NCBI GenBank assembly: GCA_001179505.1
Contig: CDMY01000802.1
Span: 197,553 to 261,552 of the forward strand
Reading direction: 5' to 3'
Source: Vitrella brassicaformis CCMP3155
Lineage: Eukaryota > Protista > Chromerida
DNA: 64,000 nt
Shown: piece after piece, positions 1 to 12,744 of the stretch
Position numbering within the stretch: position 1 is the first letter of the stretch
Layout of the letters: every line of letters starts with the position of its first letter
The notes under the pieces: generated by a model
The model's input: the letters and a program-made list of their open reading frames with translations, nothing else
Database searches by the model: none
What the model was told of the DNA's origin: nothing
Position numbers and translations under genes: made by a program

Positions 1-1487
1 GCTGTGACGCACACGCAACTCGCGACACGCAGACAACCGCTCTGAAAGTGGCCGGCATCAGAAGGGAACACGTAGAGGTGTATTCGCTTCCGTCCCTTGC
101 TGCTGTCACCTTGGAGTAGGTCGATGCTGTCGTCAGGAGGTGGTGTCTTGACCTCTACGATGTGGTGCATGGCGCTGTTGGACGTCAGGGCGCGAAGTGC
201 ATGCTCGCACATGACAGGGACGCCATGCACGACACGAAGCCAAGGTAGCTGCCCAGCCCTGCAAACAGAGAGAAACGAATGGACAGCATCGGTGAGAGGC
301 TTCTCGGTCTCATGTGTGGGCTGTGGTTCCGTACCGATGCGGTCGTCATCACTGAGCCACAGGCCCTCGGGCAGCCCCTCCAGACACGCAAGCTCACCCT
401 GTCAAGATGACAATAATCATAAACACATCACGATGCCCTGTATATCTTACCTGCTCAGGTTGGTTGATTTTGTTGATGCCGTCTTCGATGATGTCGAGCT
501 TCTCGACCGTCTGGTTGAGCTGCGCCGTGGCCGTCCCCTTGGCGTTGTCGATCTGCATCTTGGTGTTGCGCATGACCATACTCGTCCACACACGACACTG
601 ACGCTCGACAACCTGAATGCATTCGCCACACATCCACACACAACACACAGCACCCATGCAATTGTGTGTCTTGCCCATGTGTGTGTATTGGCGTGGTGCA
701 TCTGCAGTCGGTTGTGTTCTACGTCTGTGTTGGGGGGCGGGAGGGCATTCTTGGCCTCAAACACCTGACGGGCCTGGAGAATGCAGAGATACAGCACGAC
801 AAGTGGATGGTGGCATGGTATAACACGGCGAGTGCTGTCTTCATCCTTCTGTCACCTTTCCCCACCTTGGCTTCCGTCTGGTCGAGTCTTTGGATGAGTA
901 TGTGCAGCTCCTCGCGCATCGTGTTGAGCGCCGCCAATGCATCCTCCGGCTCCTTCTCAGCAACATCCTGCACCAACAGAGAAACAACAGAGAAGAAATG
1001 GGCCACCAAATCGAGGGCACATATCACTCCTCACCTCCATATCTACGTCACCATCTACGCCGCCCTCGCCGTTCTCCCCCTCCTCACACTGATCTCCCTC
1101 CTCCCCAGTGGCCGTGGCCTTGGCTTTGGCCCTACCCCTCCCCTGAGCCTTAGCCTTAGCCTTAGCCTTAACCGCACCCCTCTTGGCCACCGCCACACCA
1201 GCTGCCCTGCCGTTGGCGTCGAGCCGCTGCTTCTTCTTAGCGGCGGCGCCCCTCTTGCCCCTCGCTATGTCCTCCCAGTCAGATCCCTCCTCCGATGAGC
1301 TGCTGACGTTCTCAGCCATGGCCTCATCCTCACCCTCACTCTCATCCTCCTCGCCATCGTCGTCCACATGGTCCATCGGCTGGTCACCGCCGTCGTCATC
1401 GGCAGGGCGTTTGTTTCGATGGCGTTTGTGTGGTGCCGATGCGGCCGCTGCAGCTATAGCCGCCTTGCGCGGCGGACGCGTATCCAT
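1..1487 (-). CDS. Multi-exon protein: acidic/basic N-terminus, coiled coil, F-box-like motif; paralog of the 19431-22812 gene; 1-nt frameshift near 193; runs off the window start
   Basis: ATG at 1487 (MDTRPPRKAAIAAAAAS). Spliced exons give DVAEKEPEDALAALN..., VVERQCRVWTSMVMRNTK..., CLEGLPEGLWLSDDDRIG|LGSYLGFVSCMASLSCASMHF, collinear with the paralog (LLNLPEFLWMSDDERIGIGGFLGFIFCIESLSSVSAHF). Stop at 185-187; the shifted frame stays open to base 1. Confidence 0.7.
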
Positions 1488-1779
1488 CAGACTACTCTGG
1501 GGAGAACACAGATTTACAAATGGCTTGGATTCCCCTTGAGACCCCAACGAAGGCAGATCAGCTCAAAGAAAACGCTCTACTACGTGACAACTGCAATGGT
1601 GACAACAGCTCCATGGATGGGGAAAATGAAGGAGAATCAATGCATTCGATGCCGTCACATTGGGATCCGAGCCGTGCAGTCATTCCCTCCCTGTCTATGT
1701 AGAAGTGTGGGTAGATACACACATCCCCAGACATGCATACCACCCCTTCCCCCCTCCGTGTGTCCATCCACTCAGTCAT

Positions 1780-4700
1780 CTATCTAAAGAACGGCCCCGG
1801 CTGAGCGGGATACCCAATCGACCCACGACCAGGCCCTGCAGCAGCACCAGGACCAGCTGCAGGGGCAGGCGCCAGTGGACCGATGAATGACGACGGCCAA
1901 GCCATCTGCACAACATACACAACACACACAAGTGCAGTGGGTGGCCTGGCGTGTGTGAGTGTGTGTGTGTTTGTTCGGCGTACCATGTGTGGGTGTTGTC
2001 TGTGCGTGACGAGTGGCGACACGCTGCGGCCCATGGCATGGGGCGGCAGGGACGGCGCTCGCTGCAAAGGACGCCCTGCTGCTGACGGGTGGTGGTGTTG
2101 GTGGTGGTGGAAACTACCCTGGTGGCCGGGATGGTGATGAGACGTATATGACAACGGCACGTGTGTGTACGGCAACCCTACTGACACACACACACACACA
2201 GAAGAGCCCTTCACAGAGAGAGAGAGAGAGAGATGCACGTCTTCCCACTGACCTGGGTGTGGTTGGTGGATGGCCCCCGCACCGTTGTTCATGTGCTGTT
2301 GCTGTGCGATGAACTGGCCCTCTCCGCCAGGATGCTGCTGTGCGTGTGTGGGCTGCATCAGAGCTCCGAACGGTGCACCACCAGCACCAGCACCAGCAGC
2401 AACAACAGGGTAGTGTGCGTGTTGGGCGGGGTGCGGGTGCACAGAGGGCATCGACATGTGTGGCGGAGGGGGCGGAGGGGCGCTGATGCGGCTGCTAGAG
2501 GGGGCACTCGCCTGACAGCACCAGACACACACATACGAACATGGCAACAGGTGAATCCGTCCATCTGTGCGTTCTCCCGGTGTGTGTGCCCACCTGGTCT
2601 TCCGGCTGTCTGTTGGTCGGGTGTGTGTGTTGTCTGTCCTCCTTGGTGGGTGGCGGGGAGCCGATCGTCGTGTCATTCAACGATGGCACCGGAGACCTGC
2701 AGGCAACGCAACGCAACGCATCCATGGTGGCGTCATGCACCCACTCGTCCCTCCGTGTGTGACGTGTGTTACCCCTCGAAGCCCATCCCTTTGGCATGTC
2801 TGGGGGGCTGCTCCGCCAGGTCCCTCCTGCCGCTGCTGCTGGTGTCCCTCCTACTACCGTCGCCACCACTACTGTTGTTGTCGTATGGGTCGTCCAGCGG
2901 CACCTTCCTGCGCAAGATCCGGCTGCTGCTGCTCGATACTAAGTCGCTATCACTGCACACACACAGACAGAAACAGACAGGCAGACAGAGGTGTGTATGC
3001 GTGAGCATGGCGGTTGGGGTCGTGTGTGCATCATCATCGCATTACCTATCCTTAGTGGCCTCGTCGGTGGCAGTCCTCTTGTCAACCAGACCACACCCTC
3101 GCATAGAGGAGCCTACACGACCACCCAACGCACCACCTGCAACATACGCACAAAAACAAACACACACACATTGCAGCTCTCTCCCTCCTTTCTCTCTATT
3201 GCCCCGCTCCCTCACCTTTCTTGGCTTTGCTGTCCCTCTGTAGGTCCTCCTGTTGTTTATTGTATGCCGCCACCCATCCCGCCAGCGACCGGAGCGGGGC
3301 GAACAGAGGCGACAGTGACAGCGGGGGAGAGGGGGGCGCCTCGGAGAGGGAGAAACGACCCTTCTGTGCACGGCATGTAATACATACCGACAAATAGATG
3401 GGGCGACATGTGTGTGATGTGGGATGGGTGGGTGTTTGGGTTGGGTTACCAGTATTGGTTTGAGTATGGTGTACAGTTCTCGGTGTTCCGATAGGCAGAC
3501 CGTCAGCAGCTCTGACGACTCGTCACTCGCTATCTGCGGACATACAGACATACAGACATGCAGACCACGCATGGTGCGTGCGTACGAGCTTGTGCGACCT
3601 GTTTCTCTAGCTCGGCGATCCTCCTCTCCTTCTCTTGCAGCGACAACAGGGCAGCCTGCACACACACACGGCCATGCATGGCCTCCAGCGCACCTTTCCC
3701 TCCGCCCTTTTCCCACCTGTAGTTTGAGCTGCACGTTGGTAAGCTGTTTGGTCCTGCTCTCCAGCATGGCCCGCGCAGCGTCGTACTCCCACTCCCTCTC
3801 CCTCTCCTTGCTGCTCACACTGCCAACCCTCGCCGTCATGCAGGGGGCTCGCTCACGCTGCTCACGCTCATGTTGGTGCTGCCGCTCACCCTCGACACCC
3901 ATTTCCTCTCCCAGCCCCTCTCCGTGGTCATTTTCGTCCTCCTCTTCGCTGGGTGTTTCTTCCTGTATGGGTGGGTTGACGTGCATCGGCCTCTCTGATG
4001 GTGGCATCAGCAGGGGACTCAGGGGGGCCTGGGGCGGGGGTAGAAGGGGCTGACTGGTGGCCGTGTCGGTGTCCTCTTCTGGCTGCTGCTGGTCTTGGTC
4101 TTGGTATTGGTCCTGGTATTGGTCGTCTGTCGGTTCTTGCTCATCGGTGGTGGTGGTGGTCTCTCTGACGACCGGCTGTTCTGCGATCAGTGGCTCGCCA
4201 AACGGCACAGGAACGACTGCAGACAAAGACAGACAGGGAGAGACCATCACGTGCACCGACGCATCAAGGAACCAGATGGAACAGAACGTACCTGTTTCGG
4301 CATCGTCATTTTCCCCGCCACCACTCTCGTCATGCTCTTCCTCTCCCTCTCCCTCCCCCTCCCCCTCCCCCATGCCGACCGGAGGGTTGGGTGACTCCTC
4401 CATGAACCGCTGCGTGTCGCCATCCAGCCGGAAGAACGACTGCACGGGGCTGTCGTGCGGGTCGTTGTTGCCCGGCGACTCCCCCTGCAACGTCACTGTG
4501 TGGGGCGGGGGCGTGGCTTGGGGGGCGGTCGGCTGTATGGCGCCCAGGAGGGTGGGAATGTCGTCTGGGAGATAGCCTGACAGAAAGAAAGGACACAGAG
4601 AGAGTGGCGCGTTTGTGTGTGTGGGGGGGGAGGGGAGGGGAGGTGTACCTGTGAGTCGGTACATGAGGTCGGCCGTCTTCTGCATGAGGGCGTCGGGGAG

Positions 4701-6007
4701 GCCGTCCACCACTGAGGCCGAGCCAACACCAATACTGCTACTGCTGCTGCTGCTGTTGTTCCTCTTGGCCTCGATAAGGCCCTCCAGCTCCTGACGGGAT
4801 GACTCCAGCTGCACACACACACACACCCACACACACACAAAGGTCCATAGTCACGCATAGGAGCACGTGTGTGGCATACCTCTTCCCACAGGTCGATAAG
4901 TTTGCCCGACTGCACCGATGGCGACGGCTCGGGCTGATTGATCACCTGCACACACAGGCCAACACACACATACGCAGAGGCCAATACATAGCCGACCCAC
5001 ACACAGCATGCCCATCGACCATGAGTACCTTTCTACATGTGGCTGCGAACCGCAGCGCGCCCGTCATCTCGTGACTCTTCTCTGCGTGTGTGTCCAGGTG
5101 GGCCAGCACCAGGGTGCGCGACGTGCCGCCGATGCTGTCCTGCAACAGACGGGTCAGCAAAGACGACCTGCACACGCACAGACACACATGAACGAACGAG
5201 AAAGTCCATGTGTGTTGCGTGCGTGCGTGGTTTGGCGTGCAGATGCGCACTTGTAAGGGACGTGCATGCGCGCGGCCACAGCATTGACGACATCGCTGAG
5301 TGCCAGGAGGGACGCGTCGGTGCTGCGATGGATACCCTGGGTGGCGACCGCACCGACACGGACAGGCGCCCGTGTTGATGTGGTGTGCCTGTGCCTGTGG
5401 CTGTCTGCGTGTATGTGCCACATGCCTGTGAGTGTTGCGCTGAAGGTGTGAGCCCCACTAGGTCGACGAATGTCATCCGAGAGGTCCGCAGAGAGCGGCA
5501 CGGCAGCGAACGGGGCACAACTGAAGGCGCAAAGGAACGAGCAATTGATGCATCAATGGGCATGGGTACTGTAGCCGTGTGCGTCTTCCTCACCGCAGAG
5601 CGATTTGTTCTCGTGTGTGCTAGTGGTGTGCTGGTCGCCAGAAGGGGGTCGGTCGAACGCCTCAACCAGTATGGACACCACCGTGTGGTACCGACTCTCT
5701 ACCCCACTGCTGGCCTGCACACACGACACACACCCATGTGTGCAGCGCGTCCAGCAACCCCCCGTGCGCACCCACTCACCCTCTTGGCCTTGCCCCTGTG
5801 GACGAACTCCCGCATATTCTCACCTGCGAGCTTCATCATATCCCTGCACACACACACACACATGCGTGTATGATGGTGCTGGTCGGTCCATTCATCCATT
5901 CGTGCATCACTTGAGGTGTGCGGGGTCTGAGGCCTCGACCAGTGTGATGCCCTCCACATACACACCGCCGTCATTCTCGTCGCCACGCAGCGTCAGCGGC
6001 AGACAAC

Positions 6008-6040
<33 letters not shown>

Positions 6041-6711
6041 GCACAGAAAGCCGATCCGGAACAGACACATCCACCAACACACCCCTTTGTGCATCAAAGG
6101 CAAGGGCGTCATCCATTCACCTGCAGTGGGTCTACGATGCTATCCCCGTCGATGAGCAGCACAGATCCGTGGACCAGGTACATGTTGGAGCTGTCACGCT
6201 CACGCTGCTCCCTCGCCACACCAAACAGACCATCGACAGCGCACTCAACCACACCTGCAAAACGGTCCCAACCTGCAATCATGGCACACGACAGACAGAA
6301 AACAAGCTGTGGATCTGCCCATGACTCCGGTCCGGTGCCACTCCATAAGTACCCATCATGGTGGCGGTTTTGCCGCTGCTGGCGTTGCCGTGTGTGAGGA
6401 CGGTGCAGTTGAGGCCCTCCAACACTGCCGACTCAACCAAGGGATGGACCACATCGCTGCACACAACACAACCACACGGGAGATCTCGCGTCCACGAGAG
6501 GAGAAAAGGGCTGCATTCCTCTCTTCTCTTCTCACCCATAGATCTGGTCGGTCCTGGCGTCCTGCTCGTATATTCTGTCGAACTGGAAGTTCTGCTTGCC
6601 CACATTGATGCGATTCGTAGGCAGGGAGAGGGTGAAGGAGGGAGAGCGCGGCAAGGGGCCAGGGGAGAGCCGCAGGACAGACAATATGGGCTCGGGAGGC
6701 TGTCGACGCAT
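1780..6711 (-). CDS. Divergent kinesin: N-terminal motor domain plus long coiled-coil/low-complexity tail
   Basis: Spliced minus-strand exons: MRRQPPEPILSVLRLSP...KQNFQFDRIYEQDARTDQIY; GLNCTVLTHGNASSGKT (P-loop); GGVYVEGITLVE; ESRYHTVVSI; MTFVDLVGLT; SLLALSDVVNAVAARMHVPYK; SLLTRLLQDSIGGTSRTLVLAH...ALRFAATCRKV. Stop TAG at 1780. Tail exons less certain. Confidence 0.85.
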
Positions 6712-6787
6712 CGTCTCAACCGGGATTCGCTGCGTCCGTTTACGAGCAGAAATAATAGTACAGAAACGCTATTTGGTTGTGGCGGGA

Positions 6788-8775
6788 ATGTGGGCCTTTC
6801 TCTCTTACTGCTGCCGCCTTCTCGCCCTTCTTCTCCTGTCGGCAGCTGTGGGAGAGTGCGGGAAATGGAATCCGGCAACCAAGATCGATGTGGAGCACAT
6901 GTGCAACTGCCAGACGTTTTCCACCCGGAAGTGGGTGATGGAGCGGGACGACTGGCCGGAGGGCACCGCCGGATGGCTCCTCAGTAAGGACAAACGGGTC
7001 TGTGGCAGCGACCTCAACACATACGCCGGGCCATGGTGGGTGAGAGAGAAACTCAGAACCGAGAAACTGTTCCGTATCGTATCGTTGTGGTGCGTGTCAG
7101 CTTGGCATTGTGCCAGGGGACGTCCATCCGTTACCGCGGGTCGTGCCCCACCACTGACCCGAAGGCGCACAGCATATCAGAGAAGCGCGACTTCAGCGCG
7201 CCCAGCCACGTGGCCATGGGAGGCCTCGACAGGGTTACCCCCGAGCACGTTAACCGGTTTAAGAAGAGCGGATACGTCTATGTCGGCAGAATGAAGGCCG
7301 TACCTATCACGTGAGCCTGGTAGACAGACAGACAGACAGACAGGGGAAGAACGCACACCCATGCAGGTGTGTGTGTGTGTGTGTGTGGCGTAGGAAGACG
7401 GCCATGCCCAAGCCGTATCTTGACCACGATCTGATCGTCAAGAACGGCAAAACCAACGTCACCTTCCCCGCCCCCAAGGATGACAGGCCCTACAAGTTCG
7501 TCCGCCTGCTCGCCAACGGTGACACGTTCGTCATGAAGCACCCCCTGACCGAGCAAGAAATCGACGCGAAGCTCGAGAAGGCCGGCATCCTGCGCGGCAC
7601 CACAGCCAACGCCAAGACGAGACGAGCAGGGAAAGGGGGCCGGTCGATTCGTGACAACAAGGAGGATCAGCAGATGAGCGAGAAGCCGGGCGTCTTTGGG
7701 CCCCCACTGCAACCGAAATGTATGTTCTGCTGTGGGGAGGACGACCGGCAGCTGGTGGACGACACGCGGAGCTTCCCGTCGAGCGCCACGGGGTACTTTG
7801 ATGTGGGGTGCACCTGCCAGATGATATCAGGTCGGTGTACGAGTATCCCCAGACACACCTTCCAATCCGTGTGTGTGTGAGTGTGTGTGTGTGTGTGTGT
7901 GCAGAGAATGCAGCCATCTCCGCTGCTCACTGCGTGACGGGCGACTTCGGCGTCATGCAGGTGACTGACTGGACACAAACACACACACACACACACACAG
8001 GTTCATCTGCACATTCCCTTCGTGTCTTGCTATGTCAGTTCGGCAAGGCTGTTATGGGCATGGACACAATGCACCACCGGGAGCCCTTTGGCGAGGCCGA
8101 CATAGAGTTCGCCATGGTCGACGTGGCCTGGTTCAACGACGCAAGCGTAGCGACCAGCGGGGTGAGCGGATTGATGCCGCACGACAAATGGATGGAGAGG
8201 CTCCTGGGTGTATGTCATGTGATGTGGTGCTTGTAGGGCATGGATTTCTCTGTGCTGAAGCTGAAGAACTACGAGGGGCAGCAGACGGGTTTCTACGGCA
8301 TCGCTGACCCTGAAAACTGCAAGTCGGGAAGCTTCAACACCGACCTGGGTGGATACCCTGCTGGTCAGTGTCTGTCAGCCATTGAATGAAAGGCACACAC
8401 AGGTCCGTGCGCACATACGTGTGTGTGTTGTGACGTGACTCAGATATGCAGAACTACCCCACGCAGTATGTGCACAAGGGGTGTGCCCTCCCCGGCAACT
8501 GCAACGAGCTATACCCATCCACACTATGCGACGCATACCGTAGGGACGCCACAAACCAAACAAATCACCGACACACTCAGCCCCGACACCGCTGCATCTG
8601 TTCTGTGTGTGCAGCTGGCAACAGTGGCAGTGCCCATCTGACGTCGGGTGACCATGTGGTTCGCGGCATCTTGTCCAGCGGGAACTGTGCATACAACTAC
8701 TCGTGCAACATCGGCGGCAGGAACGCCAGGAGCGTCCTGTACCTCAGATATGAAATCGGAGAGGGAGACGACTGA
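6788..8775 (+). CDS. Secreted trypsin-fold serine protease resembling glutamyl endopeptidase/V8 (S1B-like), with Cys-containing N-terminal extension
   Basis: Signal peptide MWAFLSYCCRLLALLLLSAAVG. Catalytic-triad motifs after splicing: ISAAHCV (His), GMDFSVLKL (Asp), CDAYPGNSGSA (Ser), plus GGYPA. Stop at 8775. Confidence 0.8.
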
Positions 8776-9379
8776 CCGGCCGGCAGACAGGCAGACAGGC
8801 AGACAGGCAGGGGGGGCAGGGAAGTGGTTTGGTGTGCTTACTTGTTAGTGGGTTTGTCAGGAGTGCGCCGTACTTCTGCTCGTGCGCATGCGCAGAAACA
8901 TCCTACCTCGACGGCCAATCATTCATTTGTGCCCTCGCTAGTGTGTGTCTCGTATTTCTCTCCAACGTATATGTGTGTGTGTGTGTGTGTATATATGTAT
9001 TCGCTCCCACTAGCTTTTCGTAGGCGGGGCCATTGGTGTATTTGTTTGTGCAGTGGATTGCGCAAGTAGCTAGCAGTTTCTCTCTCTGTATGTGTTGCGT
9101 CTGTTCTGCATACACCGACCTTCATGTGTGGGAATTTTGCTGACTCCGTGTGGATCGACGGATCCCATTGATCTAACCCCGACACGTGTCCATGAATGCG
9201 TCACGAATGTCACCACGGAGGATACAAATCACGTCTCGGGCAAATATAAAATGTACGCCGCGATTCCTCCCTTCCTCCTTGCACTGACCAGACACCACGG
9301 GGTGACGGCGATGTGTCTGCACTTCATGTCTCCGTCACATATAAAATGTAGACAACGATTGGCCATTTGCCAACCTGAG

Positions 9380-10845
9380 CACCGAGGAGAAGTAGAAAGG
9401 AAACGGAGAAGTCCTGTGAATCACTGGTGGAGAAGCGGAGCGCTTACCTTCTTCTCGGGGCAAAATTAGGTGTTCAATGAGGTAACTTCTTGTCTCCGGA
9501 CGCTCTGAAGGCAAAGCGGGTGCAGACAAGTAAAGCCAACCATGCACGGTCGCTTACGGAGGCTTCGCTCCTTCCCGTGGCTGTTCCACATCCGCGCCTG
9601 GCCCGCCAGTTGCGTCTTGAGCCGGTCCGAGTTCACCTTTTCTCCCTTCTGTTTCTTGATGTTCTCCCCGAATGCTTCCAAGAACTCCTCAGGCCGTGGC
9701 AGCCGGCCGCCCTGTGCCCTGTGTGTGCATCAATGGAATGGAACATGACGTCGGCTTTGTATCGCTTACCCCCCCTCTTGTTGGCCCGCTGGCCCTTCGT
9801 GTTTTTCTTGAGTGGTTGTGCTGCACACACACACACACACACACGCACACACACACACACAAAACATCGGTGTAGAAAGAAGCGATGATGCCTCGGCTTA
9901 CCCTCCTTGAAAGCCGAGAAAGGCACCTGACTGTGTACATGTTTTCCGAGTTTCAACCTGAATCGACAGCAATGACACACGGCGATGGTGTGATTTGCAT
10001 TGCTCCCCTAGACTGGGTGTCGATTGCATGCCCTTTTCTTCAAAGTCCCGATCGTTGCCTCAGGCTGAGCTGCCTGCTCCCTCTAGGGCCAACAGCAGAA
10101 GAGACACAAGAGTACTAAGCGACTGAGTGAGCGGGGATAATGAATGGTTTGTTGACGTCGCTGCTCACCTTGTCTGCCACGATCGTGTCAATCTTGGGTG
10201 GCGGCTTTCCTGTGAACCATGGATGATTCAGGGCTGTGTCGGCTGCGTTTGCGCACAACAGGACAAGACAAGACAAAACAAGATGGAATCTGATGCCGTC
10301 GGTATCTGACCCATTGGCCTTTTGCTTGGATCATGGGATCGAAGTATGGCCCCTGAAAGCGAGAACTGACTGACGACTCGTCCAACCTTTTTCAGTATTC
10401 TTCGCCTCTCCGAATATAGCAGCTCATTGCCGATGTCAAAGGGAAACTCCCCATAGATGATGGTGAATCTGCGAAAGGAAGAAGGTGCGAAAATGGAACC
10501 AAACGAGGAGTTCTTATACGACCTCATTCCTCACAGGATCACACCGACGGCAAACATGTCAGACGCCTTGCTGTACTCGTGAGCATAGCACTCGGGGGCC
10601 TGCAGCATAAAGTGCGTTTGCGTCGTGAACGTATCTCTTTGCCAGTCTGTTTGATTGTGCCTTTGCCTCTTCTATGTGCCATGTAATACGAGGTGCCGGG
10701 ACAAATAATCCCATTCATGTCGGGCTTGTAGGTTGTCGGGCTTGAAATCTCTGTGCACCAGCTGCACACAGAATGCACACAGGTGGAGAACGTCCCCAGG
10801 CCTATGTGGACGTGTACATACGCAGAGAGAGAGAGAGAGAGAGAC
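9380..10845 (-). pseudogene. Ser/Thr protein kinase remnant (subdomains VIb, VIII-XI and C-terminal tail), DFG region deleted
   Basis: LVHRDFKPDN is fused out of frame to TYKPDMNGIICPGTSYYM|APECYAHEYSKASDMFAVGVIL, then IIYGEFPFD and ADTALNHPWF. Tail exons VPFSAFKE and EAFGENIKKQKGEK. Boundaries approximate. Confidence 0.7.
9395..9934 (+). repeat. Direct segmental duplication, copy 1 (pairs with 12941-13497)
   Basis: Long near-identical runs, e.g. gaaaggaaacggagaagtcctgtgaatcac and ctggcccgccagttgcgtcttgagccggtccgagttcacc, present in both copies. Confidence 0.9.
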
Positions 10846-10864
10846 ATGTACATGTGTTTGTCCC

Positions 10865-12330
10865 TTATTTACCGAGCATATCTGCGGCGGCCGTGCGAGG
10901 TTGCAGGTTCCCAGGCTGAACGTGCACAGGGAGTATGCTCGTATGCAGCTGTTTCTGTTGCTGCTGCCCCGCAGCCGCAAACCATAGATGCTTCAGTGCA
11001 TCCTCCGCTGCATGTGTGGTGAGTGATATGTAGATCGGCACAGACGTACTCACCGAATGGGCGGAGACGGGGATCCAAAGCCAACAGGCGGCTGGCGAGA
11101 TCTATGGCGTCGGTCCACCCGTCGCGAGCGGCGAACTCGGCCCCCTGACAGAAGAGTTGTCTGTCTGATCAGATCGACTCTTCCAGAGAACAGACCCGCA
11201 TTCTATGTACCTGGAAGATCTCTGGAGGTCGATGCCCTTGCACTTCTCCATCTTGCACTTCTCCATGACGACGTAGAAGTCCTTCTCGTGCTCCAGCAGG
11301 TCCAGCAAGCCGATGACGCCGCTGTGGGGCTTCTGGGCGATGATAGTATGGACGTCCTTCAGCATGGCACTGAGAAGAAACGAACAAGACAGGCACAGTC
11401 TCACTATCTCACCCCCTCTCTGTGTCGAGTCACTCACCACCTGTGTGTCCAACGAGTGAGTCAAGGTTTCTGGGTTTGTGCACCTGAACAAAAGGAGAGA
11501 CATGGGGCTTCTCGGTGACGTTCTCGGTGAGGAGTCCCCTGCCGACGTTGACCGTAGTTGTGGAGCCCTCGCTGCACACCCACAGGATATTCTCTTTGCA
11601 TATGCGAGTGTATTCTCTCTCTCACCCCCGTACAGACCTGTCACATGCACAACGATTAACTCTCTTTCCTGCAGCTCGATACTCCCACGTACCCCGGAAA
11701 GCTCGTACAGGGGTTCAACCATCTCGTCGTCACTGAAGGGCAGACAGATAGAGGCCACACACACGCTTTGGTGGGGACGTTGGGATGTCCCTTTTGCGCA
11801 CCTGGAAAGGAGAGGGAAATATACAAGCGCCGCGGCTTCTAGTCTCGTTGCCTACCTTCAAACACACTGCCTCCCCTGTACAAGCGCCCTTCTTCTTCTT
11901 GCTGTCAGGGCTTGATGGCTGGAGAGAGACAGACAGACAGACAGACACATCGACAGGCAGCGACTTGAACTTTTTGGTGGTGATGCAGAGTGACCTGCGG
12001 GCCGCAGAATTTGTTGAGCTTGTCTTGCATGAGGTGGGGCCACTTCTTCCCGTATGCTAAGCAGGACAAACATGACATTCTCGATGAAGACGTTTATGTC
12101 GTGTCTGTCCTCTTACGCAGGTTGAGTGGCTTCCCTGATTAGCCCACTTCGTTCTTTCCCCTTGAGACTCCGATTGGAGCCACCCCCGCAGCAGCGTGGT
12201 CTTGCCCTTGGCCTGCTGCTGCTGGAGGCGGCTCTGGCCGATGGCCTCGAGCACCTCTCCAATGGAGGAGCACCAGGCCCTCTTGCCTAGCGACAAAGAA
12301 ATAGGAAGGGGCGGTGCATTCTCATGTCTT
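10865..12330 (-). pseudogene. Ser/Thr protein kinase remnant (subdomains II-V joined out of frame to XI)
   Basis: AVCLK|VRKRD; KPHSGVIGLLDLLEHEKDFYVVMEKCKMEKCKGIDL; then in another frame EIFQ|GAEFAARDGWTDAIDLASRLLALDPRLRPF and AEDALKHLWF. Stop at 10865. The 5' boundary is uncertain. Confidence 0.7.
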
Positions 12331-12744
12331 GCTTCGCATCAGTATCCCACCTTTCTTCTTCTTGCCGCCCTGCGCCTCGCCTGAACACATACATCATGGC
12401 AGACGCCCACAAATACTTTCATGCACACCCCAGCCATGAAACGAAGACGAAGTGTACATCAGCTGACCGGTCTGTGAGACAAAGAATGAATGTATACAGG
12501 ACCATGATGGCGCGTGAATGCTGCCTTTTCATACCCTGCTGGGGTGGGTCAGCCGGTCCTGGCCCACCCTCTGCAAACACGCATACGCACACACACTCAT
12601 ACGCACAATGGAGACCGTCTTTCTGTCGTTTTCTTCCTCCCTACTCACCGTCGTCGCACTCCTCGCCCTCGCCTGAGCGGAACGAAACAAATCAATCACA
12701 GCACGACACAATCACGTGCAGTGACAGACAATCAAGGCGCCTAC

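Noticed and set aside
394-1027. SNARE protein
   Set aside because: The coiled-coil exons splice into a larger F-box-like protein collinear with the 19431-22812 paralog, and there is no C-terminal TM anchor.
6279-6878. ORF-track start at 6878 as the kinesin N-terminus
   Set aside because: The motor-domain beta-1 strand and FxFDxI motif are in another frame starting at ATG 6711; 6878 would overlap the protease signal-peptide exon.
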